DNA from: Mantamonas sphyraenae STR306
Lineage: Eukaryota; Protista; CRuMs
Direction: 5' to 3'
Assembly (NCBI GenBank): GCA_026936335.1
Contig: JAPMXV010000026.1
Coordinates: forward strand, 186,001-250,000
DNA length: 64,000 nucleotides
In this document: positions 47,901-59,900 of the stretch, one piece after another
Layout: every line of letters starts with the position of its first letter
Position numbering within the stretch: position 1 is the first letter of the stretch
Translations under genes and position numbers: made by a program
The notes under the pieces: model-generated
What the model saw: only the letters and a program-made list of their open reading frames with translations
What the model was told of the DNA's origin: nothing
Databases searched by the model: none

Positions 47901-50900
47901 GCGCCGAACGGAGCACAGTACGTGGAGGTGCCGGTGACGTTTTACAACGCACGCAGCAGCGCTACACTGAGCAGTGCAGGTGGACTGTCGCTGGGCACAT
48001 TCGAGTCTCAGGCGCTGCTCAGCGGTGCGTTGTGGCGATACAACGGCAGCAGCGCAACGTGGGCAACTGTTGGTACGCTGGACGCAGGTGCGTCGTTGCC
48101 TGCAAGCTTTGCCCCTGGGGTAGTGCTGGTGGGCACACGACTGTTTGAGTGGACCAATGGGACATTTGTGGAGCGCGCCACGCTGGCTGCCCCCGAGACA
48201 GTGACTGGGTTCGCGTTTGGGTCGCAGGTGGCCGTGTCTGCCAGCCACGCCTTTGTGGCTGCGCCAAACCAGCAAGGACGAGTGTATGTGTACGAGCGCA
48301 ACTCGCCTAGCGTTGGCGCGTGGTCGCACGTGCACACCGTAACTGCACCGGGGACGGTGGCTGCTTCGGATGCGTTTGGAGCGAGCGTCGCTGTGAGCAA
48401 GGAGTACCACGGCGCGTACCTGGCCGTGGGTGCACCTGGACGAGCGAGTGTGCATTTGTACGGACGGCACCAGGGCGGCACAAACACGTGGGGCCTGGTG
48501 TCTTCGTTGGAAGGCACGGCGGCCACGCAGTATGGCGCGAGTGTGTCTCTCAGTGCAGCAGACGCACCAGGCGGCATGATGCTTGCGGTAGGATGCCCTG
48601 GCTGTTCAGGAGGGTCTGGGCGTGTGATGGTGACCACTGGAGGAAGCACACCCAGCGTTGTGGCAACACTGCAGGCTGCGTCGGGCGTGACAGGATTTGG
48701 CACGGCGGTGAGCATGCATGTGTACGGACAGCAGCTTGCTGCTGCTGCTTCAACGCGTGTGTACGTGTTTGGACGTGATGGAAGCGGTGCGTGGACGCGA
48801 CGACGTGAACTGAGCGTGAGCGGATCACCAGCGTCTGTGCAGTTGACCGCTTCGTCGAGGCTGCTTGCAAGTGGCAGCGACACGCGGGACGTGATGCCGC
48901 TGTGTCCAGCGCCTGGGTGTTTCAACACGGCGCAATGGCAGTGCGAGAGCAGCTGTGGATACCGCATTCGAGGCATGGATGTGCCGGCCGTGGATGCAGA
49001 TGTGGCGTCACCCTTGACCGTTTTCGTTGGCAATGCACACGCAAACCGTGTGATCACGTTGTCCAACGCCACATACTCGTGTAATGTGACGTGTACGGCC
49101 GCGACAGACGCGCCAGACCAACTCCACTGTGTGCTGCCACCTTGGGGCACGGTGGACCAGCTGTCGGTGCGTCTCGCCGGCAGAACGTTGGCTGCCAACG
49201 CATCCGAGACAACATTGTATGTGTATCGCATCACCGTGAATTCGCAGGTAGACAACGGCGATATTTCAGGAGGGCACGTGGTGTCCATTACGGGCAGTGG
49301 GTTCACGGGGGCTGGAAACGTACAAGGCGTGGCCCAGTGTGTGTTTGGCACGCGCGTGGTCAGTGCCACTGTCGTCAGCAATACGATGATTACGTGTGTT
49401 GCACCTGCCGTGACATCGCCGGTTTCGGTGGATCTGAATGTGACGCTGAATGGGCGCGAGTACCTTGCTGCAGGGCGGTTTGTACATGTGCGCCTGCAGG
49501 AACGTGTGGAAGAGAGCGCCAGGAAGCAGGTGGTGTCTCTTGGCTGGACTCAAATCGGGGCGACGGACAACGTGAATTACGTCGTCAGCAGGAACATGCG
49601 CGTGCAGCAGGCGTGGTACCGCGCCGCAACGGTGACGAGCACTGGCACGGGTTTTGGCTGGGTACACGCGTACCAGAATATCATGGCCAGTGGTGGCGAT
49701 GGGGTGGCGTATTTGTTTGCACGCGGTCCAAACAACACATACGGCGCAGAAGTGCAGCTGTCACATGGTTCGTTGGCGCAGGCCGGGGAGAACTACGGAC
49801 GCGTTGTTGCTGTGGGACGAGATGTTGTACTTGCCAGTGCACATCGCTACCAGGATGGAAGTGTTGTCAACGCCGGTCGCGTGTTGATGTTTTTGCGCAA
49901 CCGGGGCGGTGCAGACACGTGGGGATTCCACCAGGAACTGAAGCTGTCGCCGCCGCAAGGGGTCACTTTTGGCAGGCGGATTGTTGTCAACACGGATCCC
50001 GGCAGACAAGACGAACTGATTGTTGTTGGATCGCCACCAAACAACATGGCGTGGCTGTTCCAGCGCGGTGCGACCAGCAGCCCGGAGCAGCGAGACACGT
50101 GGTCTCTGATCAAGACGTTTACGGGCCCCAACAACAACCGCTTCAGTGCGGGGTTGTCGCTGACGTACGACTACTTGGTTGTGGGTTCGAGCAACTTCAA
50201 CGGAGGCCAGGGCAGACTACAGGTGTACCGCCGTGCGGATGGCTGGGCGACGGACACAGCATTGGTGCTGACGAAAGAGTCGCCCAGCGCGACGGACTTG
50301 CTTGGCGAGAACGTGGCCATCAGTGACGACTCACGTGTTGTGGTTGCGTCTGCAAGCGGGTATGCAGGCGGACGCGGAGCGGTGGCTGTGTTTGTGCGCG
50401 ACGGCCCGACGACTTGGACCAACACACAGGTGCTGCTCGCCTCGGATTCGACAAGCACCTCTGTGAAGCTAGGTGAGGATGCAGTGGCCATGTCGGACGC
50501 GGCCATCGTGGCGACATCTCCTCAGCGAGGCCTGTACGTGTTGACGCCGGCGTGCCTGGAGTATTGCTTTGACAAGGTGACATGGAAATGCAGCGCCTGC
50601 GAAAAGACGCTGCTGGACACACGGCCGCGCAACATGCCGGAAACGGGAGGCACGCTGCTGCGCGTGTACGGAAAACGCTTTGAGACGGGCGTGTCGGACA
50701 CGGTGGAACTGCGCAACGCCAGCAACAACGCCCTGCTGGCAAGCATCACATGCACGGTCCACTCGGACATCCAGCTTGTGTGCAACGTTCCTGCGTTGGC
50801 TTCAAGTGGTCTCACGGGTGCCGTGGCTGTGAATGTGGTGCAAACGGCAACGCAGTCGTCTGTGACGGTGTCGATGTATCCCAGCGTTGCTGTGACGTCG

Positions 50901-53900
50901 CTGTCGACACACAATGTGCGAGTCATCGGCGGTGAATCAGTCACACTTACGGGAACAGGGTTTGTGCAGACGGACGAGAGCGTGTGCCGTTTTGGAAACG
51001 CGTCCCTGCGCGTACGTGCGCGTGTGTTGAGCAGCTCCCAGGTCGTGTGTGTGACGCCTGCTACGAGTGGACCGCGTGCACCAGCGCCCCTGAGCTACAG
51101 TCAGAACGAACAACAGTTTGTGAACGGGCCGGATGTGCTGTACTATCGCAAGACATCGCCTGTGTTGTCCTTCTACAACCTGACCAGCGCGGCGTCGCTG
51201 GTGGCTGGTGAGACTCAGGTGACGGCGACTGTGCACCTGCGCACACTCGATGGGCTTGCACATCCTGCGTATTACCCGACCCAACAAGTGGATACGGTGA
51301 CGTGTGATGTGGCCGAGGTCGTGCAAGCGTCTGGATCGGTAGTCCGTGTGCTGTCAAGCAACGGCACAGCAGTGGTTGACTCATCCACTCTGGCGTGCGT
51401 GTTGCCCACCCTGAATGTGTCGTCCAAGTCGTTGGGTGCTGGGAACGAGTACCGCCTGCGCGTCTCTGTGGATGGCGTGGCGGTCACGGGCAACGCGCAG
51501 CCAACGGTTTATGTTGCGCCAGCGGCCGTGGATCCCGCACGCTGCTCTCTACTTGCGTCTACGACGACCTCCATGGCTCTGAGCCACTCTGCCGTGCAGG
51601 TGGCCAGTGGCGTGCGCGTGGTGGCGCGCGATCGTTTTGGCAACGCACTGACCGACGACGCCACGGTACTGATGATGAACGCAACTTACGCGTTGGGCTC
51701 TGCCAATGTGCTCAACACAGCGATGACACGAAGTGCCGTCGGGTCGCCTGATTACACCGCTGTGTACACACCGACGGCAACGGGTCAGCTCATCCTGCGT
51801 GTGACAGCGGGCGGCGTCGACATTGCGGGGTCACCTGTGTTTGTGAGTGTGCTGGGTGCAGCTACGTACAGTGCGCTTGCGCCAAACCTGGGACCCACCA
51901 CGGGTGGCACACGCATCACAGTGACAGGCACCAACTTTGTGGCATCGCCGCAAGCACGAGCGTGGATCGGCAGCGCAGCTTGTGTCGTGGAAGTGATATC
52001 CACCACGCAGATGGTGTGCATCACGCCGACCACGGGTCTGTCTGCCAACGCCACGTTGAATTTGACGAACAATGGGGTGAACAGCGCGGCCGGCGCTGCG
52101 TACTTTAGCACGTACACGCCCGAGACGATGGTTCCTTCGATTGTGCCGAACAACGGCAAGTCGTCGGGCGATACAGAGGTGACGATTGTGGGCACTGGCT
52201 TTGTGGACAATGCCTATCTGACTTGTCTGTTTGGGGACACGGTGTCTCAGACCAGGGCCACGTTTGTGTCGAGCACCAAGCTGATCTGCCTGTCACCTCC
52301 ACGCGACCCGGGACGTGTGCGTGTCGCCGTGTCCAACAACGCACAACAGTACACGGCCGACATTGCTACGGGAGACACGTTTACGTTCATCGAGCTGTTT
52401 TCGCCGCTGTGTCGCCAAACAACGGAGCTGGAGCCGTTCCAGCGGGAGCGACAGGGACTCGGCGTCCCGTATCTGGCCAACCTGGCCATAGAGGCCACGG
52501 TGACCTCTGCAGATGCGCGCTCGTCCAACGGCAACTCTCTGTCTGGGATCGTCGATGCTGACCGCTGTTGCCAAAAGACAAACGTGACGCAGGCATTCAA
52601 GTGTGGCCTGAACTTTCCGCAGTTCAACACGACCTATCAAAACGACACAGATGTGGTTGCGGTGCAGGTGGACCTGGTACGCGAGGCGTTTGTGAACCAG
52701 TTTGTGGTGTCGTGGTTCCAGCCGTGCCGCAACCTGCCCAAGGCTTACTACCTGGACATGTGGAACCCGAGTACGCTCTCGTGGCAAGCGTTGATCACAC
52801 GTGTGGGCAAGCAAGACGGTGTGGCCTTTGGCTCGCAGCGTCCGTGCTTCTTTGTGCCTTCCGATCAGGCCGACGCAGCGTTGTGTTCCGACTTTACGAC
52901 GTCCGAAGTGCGTGGCTCGCGTTTCCGCGTGCGCTGGAACAACACGCTGGCGTTCATGGGCAGCACGGCATCGTCGGATGGCGGTTGGTTGTACGAGCTG
53001 GAGGTGCATGGCGTGTACACGGACACGCCCGAGAGCGTCCAATTTGCGGGCACCCACAACCAAAGTGTCGCGGCAGTGGCCCAGCAGTCCTTGGCCACAA
53101 TCTCCATGCGCACGTACAATCACCAAAACGAACTTTTGGGTGCCAATGACACGAGTTCGGTGTGGATGGCGATGAACGTGACACGCGACGGCCAACCTGT
53201 GCCCGAAACGATGCTCAGCGGCACACGCAACGTCACGTTTGCGGCAGGCACTGCCAATTTCACAGACTTGGCACTGGTACGCCCCACAGTGGGCGTGTAC
53301 CGCCTTCACTTTACGAGCAACCTGGCCGCCGTATCAGCGGTGAGCGCCTATGTCACGGTGTCGGTGGGCCCTGCCGTGGAGATGCGGCTGATGACGTTTG
53401 CCACGCAGACATACGCGACCCAACAGACTGTGGCACTGGCCACGGCCACGCTACACATGTACGACGCAGGCAACAATGCGGTGGGCGTGTCCGATTCATC
53501 ACGCACGGTGGTTGCGAGCTTGCGCAACGTGTCGCAGAGTCTGAGTGGCGTGACAAACGCAAGCAGCAGTGCAGGCGTGGCAACACTGAGCGCCATGTCG
53601 CTGACAGCGCCGGTTCCGGGTGTGTATGTTTTGGACTTTGAAACGTTTGGACTGGTGAACGCCTCGACGACGTTCACCATCACGTCCGGGGCACCATACA
53701 CACTGTTGGTGCCGCCTGAGGGGTTCAACAGCACGTTCAAAGTGCAACATGTGGTGCATTTGACCAGCATACGCGTCGAGGCGCGCGATGCGAGCAACAC
53801 ACTGACGACGTTGGTCACAGCGCCATTGACCCTGCGCATGGCCAACACAAGCGCTCAGCTGAATGGAAACACCAGTGTGGACGTTCCATTTGTGGGTGGC

Positions 53901-56900
53901 GTGGCACAGGTTGCCGGCTTGACGCTGGGACCCAGTTTGGCCCCAGGAACTTATGTGATGGAGTTGACGAGTGCAGTGAGCGCAAGAAACGCCACGGTGG
54001 CCATTGTGCTGACCGAAGGTGTGGCCACGACCCTTTCTGTGGTAAACAACAAGCTGGGCTCTGTGCAGGCAAAGACAAACACGCAGGTCCCGAGTGTGAT
54101 CGTCCTCGGCTTGGATGCCAGTGGGACGTACAGTGGTGCAGCAGACACAACACGCACTGTGACTGCGGTTCTGCTGAGCAAACCGAGCGGCGCTGGCAGT
54201 GTGCAGCTTCAGGGCACCACGAGCGTGCAGACGTCCGTGTCCAACGCCACCTTTGCCTCGATGACGCTGAGTCAGCCTGTATTGGGAGGATACGTCATTC
54301 GCTTCAGTAGTGCGTCGGTGTCGCACGTAGACGTGACTGTGAATGTGACGGCAGGTGCGGGTGTGGCGTTGCAGCTGACGTCCGCGCCTGTGGTGAGCAA
54401 CTTGCGCTCGGAAGTCAACACGAGTGTCCCGAGCATTTCGCTGCGTGTGATTGACGGTGGCGGCAACGATGTGGGCGCGTTGGATACACAGCAGCGTACG
54501 GTGACCATCAACAGCACACAGCTGCAGCTGGAGGGCAATGTGGCCACGAGCAATGCGGGCGTGGTCACGTTTGGTGCTTTGAGCTTGCGACGACCTGTGC
54601 GCGGAACATACAATGTCACTGTGAATAGTGACGGCTTGGAGAGCACCCAAGTGACTCTTGTGGTTGTCCTGGGCCCCATTGAGAATGTGCTCGGTGAGAC
54701 GAGCTCGCTGGGCGAGATTGCGAGTGCAGCCGAGGTTGCTCTTGCGCAACTCGTGCTCAATCTGAGGGACGCCGGCGGGCAAAACGTGGCCATGGAAGAC
54801 GTGAGCAACACAGTGCTGGTTGTGAGTAGCAACAGCAGCAGCGTGGGTCTGGCGGGCGTGTTGACGTACAACTTGACTGCGGCCAACAGCTCACGTGTGG
54901 TGCTGCGAAACCTGTTTGTGCGCACCCCTGTGTCTGGACACTATGCGTTGACTGTGACCGTGAGTCGGGCCCCATTGGGCTTTGTGGGCAATGTCACAGT
55001 GCCGTTGCGAGTGCGCTTTGGCGAGCCGTACCGTTTGGTGGCTGCGTGGGATCACGGCAACGTGCTGACGACGGCGCCGCGTGTGGATGTGCCCAACGTG
55101 ACTGTGACTGTGCAGGATTTGGCGGGCAACGACGTGTTGTCCATGCAGCCACTGAATGTGCAGCTCGTGTCTGCGCAGCTGCAGCTGTTGGGCAACACCA
55201 CGGCAGCGCTGGACACACGTGCCACAGCGCGTCTGCAAGGCGTGTTTGTCAACGCACCGGCCAACGATTCGTATCTCCTTACGGTTCAAGCGACAGGTCT
55301 GCTGCCGAGCAACCTGACACTTGTGGTAGGTGAGGGCGTGGCGTACAGGCTGAATCTGCTGCAGTTGTCGGGTGGAACGTACCGTTCCAGTGCATCTGTG
55401 GCGCTGTCGTCCGTTGGTGTGGTTGCTGTGGACGTGCGCGGCAACGAAGTGCCCAGTGGGTTGCAGGTGGCACGAAATGTCACGCTGGAGAATCTCAACG
55501 CGACGGCGGTGGACCTGAACGGTGTGACAGTGCGCTCGATGGTGGCCAATCGCGTCGACTTTACGGGGTTGACGCTTCTTGCGCCTCGCGCAGGCGAGTA
55601 TGTGCTGGAACTGAGCAGCGGGGCGTTGCTGCCCGCCCAGGTCCGTGTGACGGTGACTGTGGGTGAGCCGGTGGAACTGCGCTTGCACACACCGATGTCG
55701 GGTCGCTTTGATTCGGTATCCCTCGAGACAGTGACTGTGTCTGGCGTGGTGGTGCGAGGCTACGATGCTGGAGGTAGCATGGTGGCAGCGGCGCAACAGG
55801 GCGCGTACAACGTGAGTGCGGTGAGCACGGGGGCTGCCGCTCTGCCATGGAAGGACACGAGCGAGCTGCAACGCCCTATGGGTGCGGGCGAGGCGTCGTT
55901 CTCTCTGGCGTTGCACAAGCCGGCACGTGGCCAGTACCGCGTGACGTTTGTCAGCGGCAGCATGCGCAACACCAGTCTAGACGTGGTCATCGCCATGGGG
56001 CCTGCATACGCACTGCAGGTAATCAATCCCCGTGCAGCGCCGTACCTGGCTGCAATCACAGTGCAGGTTGCGCCGCTGCAGGTACGCGTGCTGGACGCAG
56101 GTGGAGGAGTGACCAACACGACCGAACTGCAGATCAATGTGACAACGCAGCAAGACGCGCAATCGTTTGGTGGTGTGCGTAGCGTGACGACAGTGGGTGG
56201 CGTGGCTGTGTTTGACACGCTTACGTACGGTCGGCCGTCGCCAGTCCCGCACACGCTGGAATTCGAGGCCAGCAACCAACTGCGGGTCAACGAGACCCTC
56301 ACCGTGCTAGTGGGCAACATGGTGCAGCTGAGCCTGGAGAGTGTGCGCACGTTTACGTCTCCGTCGTTGTGGACGGTGCCTTTGCCGCCGGTGGTGGCTG
56401 TGGGCCAGGATCCAGCCGGCAACTTTGTGGGCGACCAAGATGTGCTGGACCGTGTGGTGTACGTGTACATCAACGCGTCGGCGACGTCGCTGCTGCAGGG
56501 TGTCAATTCACGATCGATGGTGGAGAGCAACGTGACGGTGGCCGGACTGTGGCTTGCACGTCCGCCCGCAGGGGTGTATGTGCTGTCGGTGGTGAGCACC
56601 GACTTGGAGGGCCAAGAGGTGTTGGTTACGATTACGGTGGGGCCTGCCACGGGTCTGGAGAGTGTGGCGCAGGCGATGACGTTGGCGAGCAACGACTCGA
56701 GTGTCGTGCCTGCGTTCCGCGTGTATGTCGTGGATGCAGGCGGAAACCGACTGTACGGACAAGATACCGGGACACGAGCACTGTCCGTGGACATCAGTGG
56801 CAGTGGCCAGGCGAACCTGGGTGGCCAGGTGTCGTTCAACACGGTCGCAGGCGCAGCAAACATCACAGGCGTGCTTCTGCGTGCGCCTCAGCACGGTTTC

Positions 56901-59900
56901 TACAACTTGAGTGTCAACACGGCTGGACTCAACGCCACGTCTGTTCCACTGCGTGTTGTGCTGGGCCAAGGCGTGCAACTGCTGTACGATGGCGACCAGG
57001 GGCGTGCGGTGCCCTCCGAGGCAGAGAGCAACATTGGAAGCGTGGTCATGCGCGTATTGGACGCGAGTGGGATCTTTGTGGGTGCATTCGACACGCGTAC
57101 GCTGATGGTCCGCTTGACCAGCGACACGCTGCAGTTTGTCGGCGGTGTAGAGCCCATGCTGCCCGTCGTAAACGGCACAGTGCGCTTCGACAACGTGAGC
57201 GTGGTTGCTCCAGTGCAAGGGCTGCATGTGGTGCGCGTGGAGAGCGACATGCTGCGTGGGGTCAATGTGACGATGAATGTGACCGAAGGCAGTGCACGTG
57301 CGCTGTGGACGGCCGCCTACAGCGAAATCCCTCACCCGTCGCAGTTGAATCTGACCCTGAATGCCATTGAGGTGCGCACGGTAGACGCTGGCCAAGGATT
57401 CACACGCCTTCACCCTGCCGATCTGGACGTACGTGTGGAAGTGGCAGCGGGCAGTGCGCATGTGCAGCTGCTGGGCACGACTGTGCAGCGCGTGGTCCAG
57501 GGCCGCACGGTTTTCAACAACGTGCTGCTTGCTGTGCCGCGTTCGCAGGATGGTGCGTACGAGCTGGAGCTGCGTGCGTCCGGTCTGAACAGCACACGTG
57601 TGCGCGTGCGCATTGTACGTGGCGCGCCGGTGGAGCTGGCGCGCATCAGCAATGTGCCCCAAACGCCACAATACCCGTCTCGAGAAGTGGTGAAGCTGAA
57701 CGCAGACGTGATTGGCGCTCGGGACGCCGGAGGTGCTCTCGTGGGTGAGCGGACTCTGCGCACGTACGCAATGTCACAGTACGCTCGCTGAACGGTACCC
57801 AGGTGACGCTGCAGGGACAGCTGCGTTTCCTGATGCGAGATGGCAACGTGACGCTGCGCGGGATGGAGTTGCTTGCTCCTGCAGTGGGGCAGTATCGCCT
57901 GATTGTGGAAACGCCCGACACGGCGTCCATTGCGCCGTTTGCCTTTTGGCTGCGGGTCGTGATCGGCCCTGCACGAAGTTTGCGCGTGCGTACGCCGGCT
58001 TCAGGAGTGGCGGTGATGGAAGCGGCGCGGTATGCACGTGTGCCTGTTGTGGATCTGGAGACGGTGGACGCCGGAGGCAACTTTGTGGGTCAGAGCGACT
58101 TTGATCGCGTGGTAAGCGCGACGCTCGTGAGCAGCGCGGGTGGTTTGGACGACAGCACGTTGGATCCCAGGAGCAGCAGCATGCTGCAGGCGACCGGGAG
58201 ACAAGCGAGTGCAGCGGCAGGCGTGACGCGATTTGCGCAACTGACGCTGGTGCGTCCGTTCAGAGGACAGCACACGGTGCGGTTCACAAGCGGACAACTG
58301 GTGGCCACCGAGCTGCGCATCAACGTGACCGACGGCAACGCAACGCGTGTGGCCCTGTCGGTGCGAACCATCAGCGTAGCCTATCCCGGAGGCGAAGCTG
58401 GACAAACTGCGCTGCCGGCAGTAACGGTACGTGTGGAAGACGAGGGCGGCAATCTGGTGGCTGTGAATGGCCTGCGTGTGACATCGCGCTTCAACGGGGC
58501 TGCGACAGCAACAGGCGCGGCATTGGTCGTTTCATCGCGCAGCGTCGTGGCTGGAAACACAACCAGTGCGTTGACTGTACAAGGCGTGGCCACGCTGAAT
58601 GCACTGGTGGCGCCTTCTGGTGTGGGTGAGTATGAGTTTGAACTCACAGCGGATCAGCTGGCAGCGGACACGCTGCGTGTGCGCGTGCAGCCTGGGCCTC
58701 CGACACGCTTGGCCATCGTGCAACAGCCAAGTGCAGTGTGGGACAATGGACGTTCGGGTGTCAACACGCTCGCACAGCAACCGATTGTGCAGCTGCAGGA
58801 CGACGCAGGCAACAATGTCAACGTGACGGGCACGTACTTTGTGACCATTTCGTTCCGAGCCAGTGTGAGCGCGCCTACGGGCGTGACGTCGTCTGTGGTC
58901 GGTGGACTGGCAACGTTTACGCAGTTTGGCTTCCGTGCGCGTCACAACGAACGCTTTGAGCTTGTGTTCTCGCTGTTGCCGTTCAACCCGGCTGCTCGCG
59001 ATCTGGTTCTGGCCAACGCGGTTTTCATTCCGCCGTGCGGCCAGTTGAAGGACAACACGGTGGCGTCTGCCAATGGGCGCGAATGCATCTGTGCGCGTGG
59101 CTACACCGCCGTCAACAACGAGCAGCCATGCTTGCCGTGTGATCCGGGCTTCTACAAGAACACAGAAGGTCCGCTCACCTGTGACTCGTGTCCGAGCAAC
59201 ATGGACACGTCCGGGGCGGTCGGGAGCGTTTCTGTGGATGACTGCACATGCCTCAGTGGATTCTATCGGCTCAAGGCAGGTGAAACGTGCCGCAAGTGCC
59301 CTTCGGGTGGCGTGTGCACACAGGGCCAGGAAGTTCAGCCGCAGCCGGGATTCTTCCGCGAGGCCGGTCAGGTGGACAGCTTCCACCGGTGCTTCAACGA
59401 CGCAGCGTGCAAGGGAGGAGCAAACAGCACGTGTGCAGAGGGCCACACAGGTCCGCTGTGTGCGGTGTGTGCACAGGGCTACGGTTCGTTTGGGTACAAG
59501 TGCGAGCCGTGTGGCGAGGAGCAGAACAACTACACGCTGGTGGTGTTGTTCTTTGTGGCGGCTGTGTCGATGCTTGCCTTTTTGGTGCGCACGGCGGCGG
59601 GCAAGAAGAGCGCCGTGTCGATTATCCTGAAGATCTTCCTCAACTATCTGCAGGTGACCGCATTTGTGGGCGAGTTCCGCCTTGAGTGGACCGACGAAAC
59701 GCAGCTTTACTTCCAGTCGACGTCAGTGTCGCTGTTCTCCCTGCAGCTGCACCCCATCGACTGTGCGCTGCGCATGGACTGGTTCGAACGATTCGAAAGC
59801 TACATGCTGTTCCCGCTGTTTGTGCTGTTTGTACCGATGCTGCTGTACGGTGGCGTGTACCTGTGGGTGGCCATCTTGCGCCCGCTGATGAACCTGGAGC

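Noticed and set aside
31970-57760. Programmed ribosomal frameshifting or alternative genetic code in the giant gene
   Set aside because: No shared slippery sequence, shifts go in both directions, similar indels hit housekeeping genes, and TAA, TAG and TGA all act as normal stops in this window.
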